64,000 nt of DNA, taken from positions 3,970,001 to 4,034,000 of the forward strand of contig CM119373.1 of assembly GCA_051294905.1 (NCBI GenBank), read 5' to 3'. The notes beneath the pieces are model-generated. The model searched no databases. It saw only the letters and a list, made by a program, of their open reading frames with translations, and was not told the origin of the DNA. Below are positions 1 through 13,056 of this stretch, piece by piece. The first letter of the stretch is position 1. Each line of letters begins with the position of its first letter. The position numbers were made by a program, and so were the translations under genes. Origin of the DNA: Botryllus schlosseri (lineage: Eukaryota).

Positions 1-2
1 TC

Positions 3-1076
3 GTTGTGGTATGTCGTTAAAAACCTCTCATGCTCATCATTTAAATCGTCACCCCATTTCATAGCACCAGTTTTGATTAACTTTAAATTAGAGTTGATTA
101 TATCCACCGCTTCACTGTATTCAATACAGAGAAACGGTTCCACAGCGCACTTTTTCACAGTATCGTAATGAGACTGTGAACCGTCGCCTTCGTAGAATAC
201 AGATAAATCATCCGCACATAATTTTAACGTCTGTGAGATTACATGTTTAACACTAGCTTCTAAGATAGATTTTAAGTCCTCCAAACATTTTGTAAACGCC
301 AACTCGACTTCTAACATGTGAAATTCGCAAAGATGAGTCTTGGGACGGCTCTTTTCGGCGCGGAACGCCGGACTTAATGTGTACACATGACCCAGGCCCA
401 TTGCGCAAGCTTCTAAATGTAACTGTCCAGAAACCGTCAAATTAGCGGATGATCCAAAAAACTGTTCGTTATCATTTCGGGAATTATCGCTGGATACGCT
501 ATTCGGCGTGACAGCAAATAGTTCTCCAGCGCCTTCACAGTCGCTGGAAGTGATTGCTGGGGTGTGTACGTGCGTGAAATCCTTGCTTCGAAAGAATTCG
601 TGTATGAGCATTTCAATCTTGCTTCTAACACGCAGCATCGACGCTACAGTCCTCTGTCGTGGTCGAAGATGCGGGTACTGTCGTACAAATTCGTTTGGAT
701 AATTCCATTCGCTTGCAAAAGGGTATGAAGACGAATCGCACTCTGTATGGTGGATTAAATTCTCCCCGAGGAACTCAACTTCGGGCGTTTTTCCAATCCT
801 AGGCACCAATTCTCCTTCTATTCCGATCGAGGCTCCATACGTAAAATTTGTGGAGAACTTTTCAGTCGGCAGAACAACTTGCAAGTTAGTCGCCGACGAG
901 CCATCGTTGATATCCAAGAACGTGACTTTCTTGTGTTTACGTACAGACCTAATCCAGCCGTACACAAGGGCTTGTCTTTTTTCGCGGTAGTTGAATAAAT
1001 CCTTCACTGACGTTCTTGCGGAAACTATCGAAGAGTGGTGCCGCATAAAACGGCGTATCATCATACATATCGACAT
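3..1076 (-). CDS. NARS2: Mitochondrial asparaginyl-tRNA synthetase, intronless over the visible part, 3' end outside the window
   Basis: Hand translation from ATG at 1076 gives MSICMMIRRFMRHHSS (basic presequence-like), VYGWIRSVRKHKKVTFLDINDGSS..LQVV (OB-fold anticodon domain), RQYPHLRPR, HTPAITSSDCEGAGELF, LTVSGQLHLEA and PAFRAEKS..HLCEFHMLEVE (class IIb motif 2). The ORF track misses it because it has no stop in the window. Confidence 0.93.
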   Translation of the reverse strand, partial: MSICMMIRRFMRHHSSIVSARTSVKDLFNYREKRQALVYGWIRSVRKHKKVTFLDINDGSSATNLQVVLPTEKFSTNFTYGASIGIEGELVPRIGKTPEVEFLGENLIHHTECDSSSYPFASEWNYPNEFVRQYPHLRPRQRTVASMLRVRSKIEMLIHEFFRSKDFTHVHTPAITSSDCEGAGELFAVTPNSVSSDNSRNDNEQFFGSSANLTVSGQLHLEACAMGLGHVYTLSPAFRAEKSRPKTHLCEFHMLEVELAFTKCLEDLKSILEASVKHVISQTLKLCADDLSVFYEGDGSQSHYDTVKKCAVEPFLCIEYSEAVDIINSNLKLIKTGAMKWGDDLNDEHERFLTTYHN

Positions 1077-1770
1077 GATTAACTAATTATATGTTCATTG
1101 GACATGCTATAGGTACGATAATGATAATGTTCTGCAAAAAAAGACAGCGTGATGGGTCCCGTCTGTCTCCAATGCAGAGTTGCAGGCTATAAGTACAAAA
1201 TTTTCTGCTTTTCTAAATCTAGTTAAAACGATAATTACGTTATTCCTAATCAGATTTGAATTACTGAATCCACACCGAGTTAGACAAAAATACAACATAA
1301 ATCATGTTCAGTTCATTTCATATTACAGTTCACTTTCACAACCATAAGAATGGCAAATGCCTGCACACCAAGCTTCGCTCGTTACAAACTATAAGTTCTC
1401 CTGCAGCATTTTCTAGAAAACCAGTGATTAGATTGTGAGAGGAGGAATCAACTGTATTAAAATATATCAACCTGATTTGTGCCAACAGAAGAAGTTCATT
1501 TACCATCTTAAAATAGTACATTGAGCTTACGCGATCTCTGCACCTCGATTATTCAAAATTTATTGCCAGTGACGTCATATTTTGTGATACGATTGTTGAT
1601 GTTCTTTTGTATTCTCTATTAGTTGCTGACAATTATCGCTGACAAATTCGGGTTTATATCCATATTATTCAATTGTATATATGTAGAAATTAGATTGAAA
1701 TTAAGAGCACATAAACATTTCCCAAATTAGAATCGAATGAGATTTCTGGCATTTCACTTTAATTGGACAT

Positions 1771-2267
1771 TAGGGCTATTCAAAAATAAACTTTTCCTTC
1801 AGATTTCACTGGCTACTTGATAAAATTGTTAGGTTGGTGAAAAAAAACGCTGCACACCAACTTTGGCTCAATTCCAACAATTAGAAGCAAAATTCTTGCA
1901 GTAGAAAGTTTTGAATTTATCATTAAAAAAAATTGAAAAATGAAATTTCAAAATATTTCTGTCGACGCCATAAAATTGTTAGGCTGTCAGTAGAGATGAC
2001 GCACACAAAATTTGGTTCAATTCCAACCACTAGAAGCGAAGTTATTGCAGTAGAAAAATTTCTAATTGCATGATTTTATAATAAATAATTGAGGAGTTAG
2101 TCACCATAAATACTATTTTATTCAAATCCAAATTTTTCTACTGCAACAACTTCGCTTCTAGTGGTTGGAATTGAGTTAAATTTGGTGTGCAGCGTTTTTT
2201 AACCAACCTAACAATTTTATCAAGTAGCCAGTGAAATCTGAAGGAAAAGTTTTTTTGAACAGCCCTA
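1771..2267. mobile_element. hAT-type MITE (TAGGGCT...AGCCCTA) with long TIRs
   Basis: Long inverted repeats at both ends; ggacat repeated on both flanks; related to the copy at 10930-11547. Confidence 0.85.
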
Positions 2268-2796
2268 GGACATTCTTGAATCATCTAGCTGTCCAAGTGT
2301 CAGATTGGAATCAGTGCGCACCTGACGGCTCACCGGGTGCCTCGCTCACTATGTTCCTCGCTCACTGTCCACTGTTATATTTATTGGGATGAGTGCACTT
2401 GATTACTTCACTGCCATGGAGGTGACGAGTAACAAGGATTTTATAGGCCATATCGTCACCTCCAGTCAACTTTTATGTTTGACGAAGCAATAAAATGTCT
2501 GTCTGTCTGTCCTCAAGAAACCAATAAATGTTTCCCATGAATCGGTGTCCCTTGCTAACCTAACGGACACGGCTACCTGAGTGCCTTGCTTACTGCTCTA
2601 CTGCTGACAGTGCTCCTCATGTAACCGATAAATTTTTCTCATGAACACATGAAAATTCATTTTTCACGTTTTTTCTAATTGAAATTTTCATTGACGTCAT
2701 ATCTCATTCAAGCATTCAGTTACGAAAGCATGAGTTTATCTTTTATAAACAACAAAAGATATTCAACCAGTCAGTAATCACGATGTCACTAATCAC

Positions 2797-4084
2797 CAGT
2801 GTTGGGATGACTCGAGTCATGACTTGACTTGACTCGACTCGGCGCTTCAAAAATGTGGATTGACTCGTGACTCGGAGCAAAATTTACGAGTCAATTTCAA
2901 GTCATCAAGTAAACGGTGTCGACTAAATCAATGCATTTTGTGCATGTTCGGATTATTCACGATACGCCGTTGTAACTTGTGAGAGCAACCAGACATTCAC
3001 TGGTTGTACGTTTCACTAATCCTGCATTGTTACATCACAAATAAACTGACCGCAAACCAAATGATCACACTTTACGTTGTCGTAGTAGCAAATTAATTTA
3101 ATAGCAACGTATCGCTGTTTATTGGACGACTCTGTCCTTACATTACACGTGCTCACCGTTACCAACCCTCTTGTATGATTCAAATCGAACAAATATATTC
3201 TATGCATTTATATCCTCACGGATGTGTATAGATGGCTAGTGTATTTTACGATATCAATTTCTTTTATCTTGTCGAGGCTTCGTATTCGATCCTCTATTTT
3301 GGCTGACATAATAAGAGAATGTAGCATGTAACTCAGAGTTGTCAAACTCACTGACGTCGCGGATCGAATTCAAATATTCAGATCACTCGCAGGCCGCACC
3401 AGTCAAATGATTCCAAAATATTACTAACTCTTAACTCAATATATGCACTTTTTCGCATTCTCGGAATTGGGTGTCAATGTCAGCGATCTTCTCCTGAGGA
3501 TGACTACAATCACAAATCCGCTGTCGGGTGGTTATAATGTGGCCCATGAACAAGAACATACTCGAAATTTGCTATCTTGAAGGAATATTTATTAGTGGTA
3601 TTTCTTAGCCTAATACAAATTCGAGAAATGTGTTGGATAAAATTACGCAATTTTCAACATATACTCAGAGTTTCTTCGCGGGCCGAATGAAATCATTTGG
3701 TGAGTCGTATGTTTGACACCCCTGATGTAGCTATACAGTTACTGACATATTTTATTAGCAGTTCTACGTGTGCGTGAGCAATACAACGCATTTTAGCATG
3801 TATATTTAACTTAATATTCGTTATTTGATTCGAGATAAATGACCAATTGATCTCTTTAACACAGCTAGTAAAACATGATGAATTTGAATCATCACTTATA
3901 CTTCGAAAATTCAATTTGACTTGAATTGTGACTTGACTTGACTCGAGTCACCTCCAAAAAATGAGTGACTTGACTTGACTCGAGTCACCTTTGAAAATCG
4001 GTTGACTTGACTGGACTCGAGTCAAAATATGCAATGACTCGAGATGACTCGTGACTCGAAGGTAGTGACTTGATCCCAACACTG
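2797..4084. mobile_element. hAT MITE with GACTT/GACTCGAGTC subterminal repeats, carrying a nested MITE at 3334-3724
   Basis: TIR cagtgttgggat/atcccaacactg with TSD ctaatcac/ctaaacac. Nested element cagagttgtcaaac...gtttgacacccctg with TSD atgtaact/atgtagct. The sister copy at 50898-51858 lacks the nested insert. Confidence 0.9.
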
Positions 4085-4092
4085 CTAAACAC

Positions 4093-5033
4093 CAGGGGTC
4101 ACAAACGGTCGTATTTTGCGGCCCGCGACCTGAGATTTTACAAGAAGGCGTAGTAACACATTTGGAAATGCTGAAATTGATTTCATTTTAAAAATATTAT
4201 TGTTGTTGCTGTTTAAAATTAGCTATTCCCCTGTGACCATCATCATTATTCCTAGCGGATACGGCTTCGTGATGGTAATAGCATTCCATCATCATCATTG
4301 ATTTGTTGGCAATTTTTATCAGTTCAATGCACCGCAAGATATGCGATACAATGACAAGATAGGGAGGTGTCGAAGCGACTTGGAGTAGTCTATGGAATCA
4401 GACACCAACCTTGGCCTAGGCGATGTAAAGAGGCAAGCACACTGAATGAAAAGTAAAAGAAGATAGTAGGCCTATAGAAAAAGCAAAAATGGGGTGGCAT
4501 GTCATTCATGGAAGACTAGATCGATAGGTTAGGTTGTGGTCTGGGAATATTGAGGATGGACTAGTATTTATTCCATGAAGGAAGAATTAGCTGATATGAA
4601 TGGGCCTTGGCATGTATAATGACCCAGACACTACCAAGAAAGTGACTTGGGGCTTCCCCATAAGATAAATCTTTACGAGGCTATATTTATCCAGCAATTA
4701 CCGTGTCTAGCTAACCCTAAGTTCAATCCTTCAGTCACTGAATAGTGTTGTTGGGTATCTTGCGCAGCAAATTGTTCAAAATAAAAGTGATGATACTTTT
4801 TGTTTTATTGGTATTTCTTTATTAAAATGTTATTTCTTTTGTGGAAACTATTTCCGTCGGCCGTCACCCATGTTATAGAGCACTGCGTTGTTGTGATGTA
4901 AAGTTTTAAAAACGTGGTTTCTGAACACTGGCCTATTTTGTCTCGATTTTGTATGGCGGCCTGCAGCCTCTACGAAGTTTGAAAAGTGGCCCGCGTGCCG
5001 CGAGCCGTTTTGAACTGGATCTGGCAACCCCTG
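4093..5033. mobile_element. hAT (Charlie-like) MITE CAGGGG...CCCCTG containing a non-LTR 3' fragment
   Basis: Termini caggggtcacaaac and ggcaacccctg, gcggcccgcg subterminal motifs. Segment 4288-4430 with a (CAT)n tail is repeated at 57290-57450. Confidence 0.7.
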
Positions 5034-7026
5034 TATACACCAACTCTCCTGTCAACACCAGGCTAGCGGAATGCCATTCTCTCAAATTATTGCGGTATTC
5101 TAAAATTATTACGGCATTTTCTGTGCAGAAAATCATTCTCGTGCAGGCAGGTAATTATCGACGAGTGATAGTGAGTTCTCTTTTTCGGTATATACGGCCT
5201 ATTCATTTGTTACCGGCAATAGTCACACGATTACAGGAATATCGTCAGGGCTCGGGGAGTGAGATTGCCTCACAGTCACAGCAAAATCGTCCTGTCTTTC
5301 TAGTCTAGGATATCATTATACAGAATACAGCCGCTTTAATCAGAATGTTGTGACATAATAGCTTTAGCCTGTGGATCGGGATTGGTAGAAAAGTGGTATC
5401 CCGTAATAAGTCCAATTCATGTGGTGACTGGTACTTTGGTTATGAAATTCCAGTCTCGAGAGTTGACTTCACTACTTCACATTTGTTACCAATTTACAAT
5501 AGCATAAAATCAGAGCATATACTTCCGTGAGCCCGTCAATCGCGCTTCATCAATCAAGCTTCATATCTTATGGCCTCATGTAATATATCTCTCGTGTATG
5601 AGCAAATTTCGCCAATTTTCCAAAGCTATGCAATTGACAAGGCTAATCCTACACAAACTTTGGGTCAAGTGTAGAATACGGCCACCGCGAGGAGTGATCC
5701 CCATGACCTTTACCGATCAGTGTTTCACATTAAAACAACAAATGCTTCCCATGAACACGTCAAAATAAACTGCTTTTTTGCCTGTGGAGAGACTGATGTT
5801 AGGGTTGGGGGGGGGGGGGGGGTATTGCGGTACGGGGATGTTAGGGTTAGCAAGGGGGATATTAGGGTTGGCGTGGGGGTGTTAGGGTTGGAGGGAGGGG
5901 GATATTAGGGTTGGGGGACGGGGATATTAGGGTTGGGTTAGGGGGATATTAGGGTTGGGGGATTTTAGGGTTGGGATAGGGGTAATATTAGGTTTGGGGT
6001 AGAAGGATATTAGGGTTGGCGGAGGAGGGATATTAGGGTTGGCGGAGGGGGGATGTTAGGTTAGGGGACGGGGATATTAGGGTGGGGTTAGGGGTAATAT
6101 TAGGGTTGGGTTAGGTTAGGGGTAATATTAGGGTTGGCGGAGGGGGGGTGGTAGGTTAGGGGTAATATTAGGGTTGGGTTAGGGGATATTAGGGTTAGGT
6201 TAGGGGCAATATTAGGGTTGGCGGAGGGGGGATATTAGGGTTAGGTTAGGGGTCATATTAGGATTGGCGGAGGGGGGCAGGGTATTAGGGTTAGGTTAGG
6301 GGTAATATTAAGGTTGGGTGAGAGGGATATTAGGGTTGGCCAAAGCTCCGCCGATCCTAATATTCACTAGCCCAACCCTAATATCACCACTAACCCAACC
6401 CTAATTTCCCCGTTCCCCAACCCTAATATTACCCCTAACCTAGCCCTAATATTACCCCTAACCTAACCCTAATATCCCCTAACCCAGAGGTCTCAAACAC
6501 GCGGCCCGCGGGCCGCATGCGGCCCGCGAGACCATTTTGTGCGGCCCGCGACGGCATTTTGGATTTCGAAGTATTCGACAACATTTTACTACCAATTTTC
6601 TTTTTTAATTTGAGAACTATAAATTCGCTCTAAAACTACTCTGGAAGCCTGAAACTACTCACCAAACTTCACTATTACATCACTTCCAAAAGTTACCACG
6701 CATTGGAAGATCACCTATTACGTGACATTACTTGTTTATGATGGTAAAACATGACCCGTTGATGAATCGTGACTGAAAATTGTGATTTGGGCGCGACCTT
6801 CTGTAGAATTACTCGTACTCGTACTCGTCGCGTCAGACGTTACAATCAGAGGACTTTGTGACTCGGAATGCCGTGACTTGGTACAACAACGGATGCAGCA
6901 AACTATTAAACTGGTATGAGGAATAGTAACATATCAAAAGGTCGTAGCTTGCGTTGCGTAACTTATTTAGATATCTAAGCCGGTCGGTATGGCAACCGCC
7001 ATATACATTGTGCTGCCCCTTTGATG

Positions 7027-7290
7027 TTTGTGTGTTTGTTTGTTTATTCACAACATTGGCGCTTATCGCCTATATGCTTATTTGCGCCCAGCAGATTAAT
7101 TGCATTAACACAATGTCTTTTGCGGTATTGCTTCGTTTCTTCTGGTCTTTAGCTGCCATCTTTCCAGAGTTTGGCTCCCTCTTCTTCTGGGCTTTTCAAG
7201 ACGGCGACACATAGAAACATGGCAGAGCCAAGACTCGAACCAGCAACCATTGGTGACGTGACTGCAGTGTTTAACCAACTGCGCCACTCC
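7027..7290 (-). mobile_element. tRNA-derived SINE
   Basis: Minus strand has A box tggcgcagttgg, B box ggttcgagtc, a 3' stem-loop and an (AAAC)n tail; flanks repeat ccc(t)ttgatgt. Confidence 0.8.
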
Positions 7291-7413
7291 CCCCCCCCCC
7301 CCCTTGATGTATATAGTTGGTTACATCCTGTGTCATCTTTGGTACCTTTATATATGTTATGATCGCCAATTAAATGTGTCAAGTATTAAGTAGTCGTAGC
7401 CTACGCTTCTCAG

Positions 7414-8923
7414 CAATGTTCCCTCTAAGCTGCGCACGTGCGCAAATGCGCAGTGCTGAAACAGTCTCTGCGCACAGAAAATCTAAGCTGCGCACAAAAA
7501 ATTCGAAGTGATGACTTTTTTTTTGTCGTTGCGCAATGCTCTTCAAGGGACCGCGCAAGCGCGCAGACTCGTAAAACATTATAGGGAACATTGCCAGGGG
7601 CAATTAGTACTATCGCTGAAGATTGAAACCGAGGTACAGGTGCGGCCCATAAAGGTAAATATTACGCTCCGTGAAGAAATGATAATTTGCAATGACGTGT
7701 GCCTCACGAATAAGATTTTTCTTCTAGTATGGTCTCGTACGCGTGAGCGATACTGATCGATATCATTTCAATAGCGCAGTCTTTTCCGGGAATGGCGAAA
7801 TAACATGGATAAACAAAGATTCGTTTGAACGGGAATCTTCTGTCGATAAGGTCATATGCTGATATTGTTCTTGCTTCAGTCAGACTTGATTGAATATTCG
7901 TATCATTATATCTGACTGTATGTCTTGATAGTAATCAGTGCATTGTCGGTATTAAGACGTCACATCAGTGTTTTAATGCGGTAGGGGTAGGCCTACATCG
8001 ATCGCATGTATTGATTCGAAGTGCGTTCTCGTGCGTGTATGTCTCTAGTAGTGATCTATGTCAACATGTACACGTAGTTATTGTGACGTCACAGATGATC
8101 GCACAAAATTACGATTCGCCGTCTATAATGCTCGCGGTTATAGGCGTCCGCGTCTAATCGTCCATGTGTGTCGCTACAAGTGTCTTGGCTAGCTGCTTGC
8201 CTGTGTGGCCAACTTTGAGTGAATACTCGCTAATTCTGCTTAGCACTGTTTATACTGACCTCTTCTAATGGTGACAAAACGAATGGTTAGTTTCTCATCC
8301 CCTCACCAAGCCAAATTAACAAAGAAGTGCGATTCGTTTGACATAGAGTGGTTGTGGAGTATGTGAAAACGGAAGACAAAACTACAAAATTAGGTGAGAT
8401 TTTTCTTTTTCGAGTGAGGAAGGTCTGCTCTGCACAATATGTCGCGAAGCTAAAATAGCAAACGAATATTCGGATGGTAAAATATGCACACTGGACAGCA
8501 TGGAGCTCACGAAATAGCCTCCTGTGACGAAGTCATTATATCAACGGGTACGCCCGAAGATGCTCAATTATTATTTAGGGTTCCTACCTTTTCCAACACT
8601 CCTCACTCGATCGGCTCTACCGGTGAGTCTGATTACGTGAGCAGAGAGAGCATAAAAATTGATAGCAATAGACCGATTCATTCATGAATTATAGAAAATT
8701 TTCGCGCTTCGCGCGTCTAGCCTCACACCCACTAAACGGACACTCAATGCATATGGCAAGTAGCTGCAAAAAGCGTAGAACCCGAGGGGGGTCTGGGGGG
8801 CATAGCCCCCCAGAAGTTAGGTTTACCACCCTATGAGCGGCATGGTTGCGCACTGTTGTCCAAGTGCCTGCGCAGTGAGTGGGCGTGTTTGCGCAGACTC
8901 GTGAAAAATTAGAGGGAACATTG
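7414..8923. mobile_element. hAT non-autonomous element, third nesting level
   Basis: TIR caatgttccctctaa/ttagagggaacattg; perfect TSD cttctcag. Confidence 0.92.
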
Positions 8924-10599
8924 CTTCTCAGCCGTAACAAGTAACACCAATGGATTCGTCGACGATTGCACATTTCTATTGCTATGGCACAGTATTTATT
9001 ACGTCCAAGTTGTTATTGATCTGTTTCAATATTCGAAGGTAAATCTAACGCTGATTCTATTTTACTTTGGTAATGACATGATCAATATAGCCTAGTTGTC
9101 AGGAATAGGGCTATGCCCGAAACCCGGATTAGGCAGTACTGATCCAATGCTCTGATATCAGTTCAATCATAGCAATTTACAGCGTAGCTACGTTGTAAAT
9201 TGCTATGGTTCAATCTTTGTAAAATTCTCGAATTATACCTATAATTGTTACGCGTCAAATGACCGCTAGCTGCAAAATTATAACGCGACAGCTTTTACGA
9301 TGTCCTGATGCATTTGCTCTCTCGCATGGTGTCTACAACTAACTGTCTACAGCAACAATATTATTCAAATATTTTATAATGTGTTTTTTTTCTTGCCAGG
9401 CGTGAATTAACAATAGTAGGCCTATATCACATTTTCACGATGCGCGTGGAATGTCAGTCTGCAAGGTGCCGTCAAATAAAGCCTACTTGAAAATACACTG
9501 AATTCCCCTATTATTGATTGGTGCTGCGGCCCGCGGCGCCATCAAAAGTAGGAAATTGGCCCGCGAGCACATCTGAGTTTGAGACCTCTGCCCTAACCCA
9601 ACCCTAATATTACCCCTAACCTAGCCCTAATATTACCCCTAACCTAACCCTAATATCCCCTAACCCAACCCTAATATTACCCCTAACCTAGCCCTAATAT
9701 CCCCCCCCCCCCCCGCCCCCCGTCCCCAACCCTAATATCCGTCTCTCCACAAAGGCAAAAAAAAATATTTTGACGTGTTCATGGGAAGCATTTGTTGATG
9801 TCATGTGAAACACTAATAGTTATGAGATGTTCATGTGCAACATTAATCGGTGATGGTCATGGGGGTCACTTTCTCGAGGTGGCCGTATTCTACACTTGAC
9901 CCCAACTATGTACCGTACACCTAGTTTTTACCCACATCCGGTACCAGTCGCAATTCCAGCTTCCAGAATTTAACATACACAACTACAACCACATTCCGAA
10001 ACAGTCATCCCGCGAACGAAGCGCGAAGCGCGGTTCAAATTTCCAGAATAATCTAGAAGTCACGCTCGGATAACCACGTACAGTTAAGTGCACCAATAGA
10101 CACTTACGTGACCTTTGACACGAACCAATCAGGTTGCAGCAGGATGTAAACAAAGAACAAGCCCGGGCAAGCTTACTATGAGCTCTTATGGGAGAAGGTT
10201 GAAAAATGAAGGTTTTAAGCAAGATTACGTTGAATTGGGGATGACTGGCCTTAATGAATAGTAATAGCGTAGAGCTAGTATGTGGTTGCAGCTTTTAATC
10301 TAGGATGAACATGAATGGTGGCAAGTACGCACCAGCGTGCTGTGTCCAAATGCACGGGTTTTTGACAACTTTTCTGATTAAGCGACGATTGTTGTATACT
10401 ATACTATAGGATTGTGGTAATGCATATTTTGACGATTTCATAGGCTCCAGGTCTCGAGCAAAATTTTCAAGCATATCTCATGTTCAGAAATATATGTACT
10501 ATAAAATATAGCTGCTGCCACACATCACAATTTTTGTGTATTGATTATGAAACTTGAAAGCTATGGAGATTCTATCGAATTTATGGATTTGAGTGGAAC

Positions 10600-11690
10600 A
10601 GCATCTTCTTCTAACACCGCGGAGAAAGCTACGAAGTATTTCATGGAGCGCTATGCACACGATTTAGGGATAAAGATTGAGGAGACAATCCACTCTTTTT
10701 AGAAGCAATATTCTAGTGAACAGCCAATGTTATGGCAACTTGCGGAAAAGTGAGATAACACACTCAATGGAAATACACGTTCTCGGAAAATCAATTATTG
10801 ATTCGTCTTGCACTTGTAAGACAGGGTAAGTAAGGAAAAAGACATTGTTTCAGAGACTCCTTCAATAGATATTTTAACCATGATTTATTTTCATATTAGG
10901 TTCTGATATATGCTCTCATGCATATGCATTAGGGCTGTTCAAAAATCACCTTTTTTCCTGAATCTTGCTGGTTACTTGATTAAATTGTTAGGTTGCCTTA
11001 AAAAACGACGCACACCAAATTTGAATTCATTCCAATCAATATTGGCGGATTTCGTAGAGTTTGAAAATTTTGAATTTGCCTAAAAATGCAACAAAAAAAA
11101 ATTTTCAAATTTTTCTGCCAACCCCATGAAATTGTTGCGCTGTCTTCAAAAACGATGCAAAACAAATTTGACTCAATTCGAAGCCGTAGAAGTGGAGTTA
11201 TTTCAGTTTTTCTTTGATTATTCTGGGATTATCCTTGATTGGTGGATCATCCCAGAATTATCATCAAAAAACTTGAATAACTCCGCTTCTGCAGCTTGGA
11301 ATTGAGTGACATTTGGTTTCCATCGTTTTTGAAGACAGCGCAACAATTTCATAAGGTTGGAAGGAAAATTTAAAAAATATATTTTGGGCATTTTTAGGCA
11401 AATTCAAAATTTTCAAACTCTACGAAATCCGCGAATATTGGTTGGAATGAATTCAAATTTGGTGTGCGTCGTTTTTTAAGGCAACATAACGATTTAATCA
11501 AGTAACCAGCAAGATTCAGCAAAAAAGTTTATTTTTGAAGAGCCCTAATATGCATTGATTAAGACAATCCAGCACCTGAAGCTAAAAGGACTACATTGTG
11601 ATTTGCATCAGCATCAGTGAGCTCCATCGTGATTGACAAGCAATCTCTCCACTGTACTCGCAACCGATCAACTCCTGCCACAAGGTAGAT
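10600..11690 (+). pseudogene. SWIM zinc-finger (YqaJ-exonuclease-associated) second ORF of the ISL2EU-like element
   Basis: EKATKYFMERYAHD, then ILVNSQCYGNLRKSEITHSMEIH, then SCTCKTG, a GT-AG intron (about 10826-10899), then ICSHAYAL. This gives the CxC...CxH SWIM pattern. Interrupted by the MITE at 10930. Confidence 0.6.
10930..11547. mobile_element. hAT MITE, palindromic, TAGGGCT family
   Basis: Nearly whole-length inverted repeat; perfect TSD atatgcat. Confidence 0.93.
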
Positions 11691-11899
11691 TTTGGTGTAT
11701 CTGGTGTCTTCAGTTTTATAACATTCCATCAAACACAAATAATCCTAGAACATTTTCATCTGGAGAATTGTTCATTCAACAAATTGGGCATCTGAATGAG
11801 CTTCAATAATGCACACCACTGGAATATCTAGACATGCACTGTTGGTACAGACTGACAATGGAACTGAATTTGCACAATTGCCGAATATGTTGCGTCATT

Positions 11900-12790
11900 C
11901 ATTTTTAATTTTCAATCTTGAATTAGAGTATGCAATTAGTCCATATATATTTGGTTAGTTGTGATACACAATGCTGCATAGTATGACACCAGACAAAATT
12001 TTATACTCTTTGATTCTTCCGATCAGCTGTTCAATATGAATACGTTCTCTCACCATCTTTCTTGTTGTGGAACAGTCTGGCTCAGGCATTTGGAGGTGTG
12101 TAAATCACATGCAGGAATATTTAAATCTAGATTCAATTTCTTGATTTCAGACTCAATGGTGAATCCGTTTTCTGCCATGATAGCATTGCCTGGCTCACCA
12201 TAGCTGAACTCCATCATTTTCTTACATTTCTTGTCGAATCCACATATTTAACTAATATTTCGATCTTAAATGCTCCCTGTAAATAGTTCCTGCACAAAAG
12301 TAAGTGTACCACAATCCATCAATCCTTTCAAAGTTGTATGTGATTTATTGACAGTCAATAATCATTCTAGATTTGAGAAATCATGAATGAATGCAAATGG
12401 TGCATTTTTAAGAACCACATATCTACATGGCCAAATCGCGATTTAATGAAGCAGTTACATATGGCTGACCCAATGGTTGAATACTATGCTTACAGCAATA
12501 CTATAAATTTGACGTCAGTAGGATAAGTCGGGCAATTCAGAAAGAATTTAATGTAGTCTAGCATAAAATTTCAGCTTCTCCGCATCTTTTGACATTATGA
12601 TGCTCCTCTGAGAACTGAACTTCACCAGCAATAATTGTCCGCCAATTTGTAATTTTCCTGGACGAGTTTACTGTTTTGTGCTTCTATACTTCTTCCAGAA
12701 ATTTGATTTTCTTGCGTTTTATCCATCGACTTCCTCTTTCTGCAGCTTCATAAAAGATATCCAACAAGCCTGCACAAAATATAATAATAA
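11900..12790 (-). pseudogene. DDE_Tnp_4-type transposase remnant
   Basis: Minus-strand HTTLKGL, ELFTGSI, EPGNAIMAENGFTIESEIKKLNLDLNIP (cf. MADKGF) and RIHIEQLIGRIK, with frameshifts. Possible THAP remnant near 13450-13610. Confidence 0.8.
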
Positions 12791-13056
12791 TATGTTTATT
12801 TTACAGAGCAATACTGCTGTGCAGGCACCTATCAAAGCGTACTCGTCGACTCGTACAACGTATCACCGCTACCAATTTCAACTATTCGTCTCATTATTGA
12901 ATATATTGTTTTCAACAATTTCAATACATTACACACCATCAAGCAACAAAACTGGAGTGGAATAAAATGAGACACACACCAAGTCGATTGTGGCATCAAG
13001 TGTGACTGCATTTCAGATTGGACTCATTTTGAAACACAGAATTGTTTCATCTAGAT

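Larger units (their letters stand above)
6485..9590. mobile_element. hAT non-autonomous element inserted in the CCCTAA array
   Basis: TIR cagaggtctcaaac/gtttgagacctctg; perfect 8-bp TSD ccctaacc. Confidence 0.92.
5661..9904. mobile_element. Foldback-like element whose arms are unique TIR sequence plus degenerate TTAGGG/CCCTAA arrays
   Basis: 5661-5796 is the reverse complement of about 9738-9904, with one indel. G-rich array at 5797-6340; C-rich array at 6355-6484 and 9591-9737. Confidence 0.85.

Noticed and set aside
1107..1521. Possible upstream gene or exons (ORFs 1107-1298 and 1336-1521)
   Set aside because: No recognisable domain or convincing splice structure.
5797..6484. Genuine telomere or chromosome fusion site
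   Set aside because: The repeats are degenerate 20-22 nt units enclosed by a unique TIR, which a foldback element explains better. The alternative is kept in the finding.
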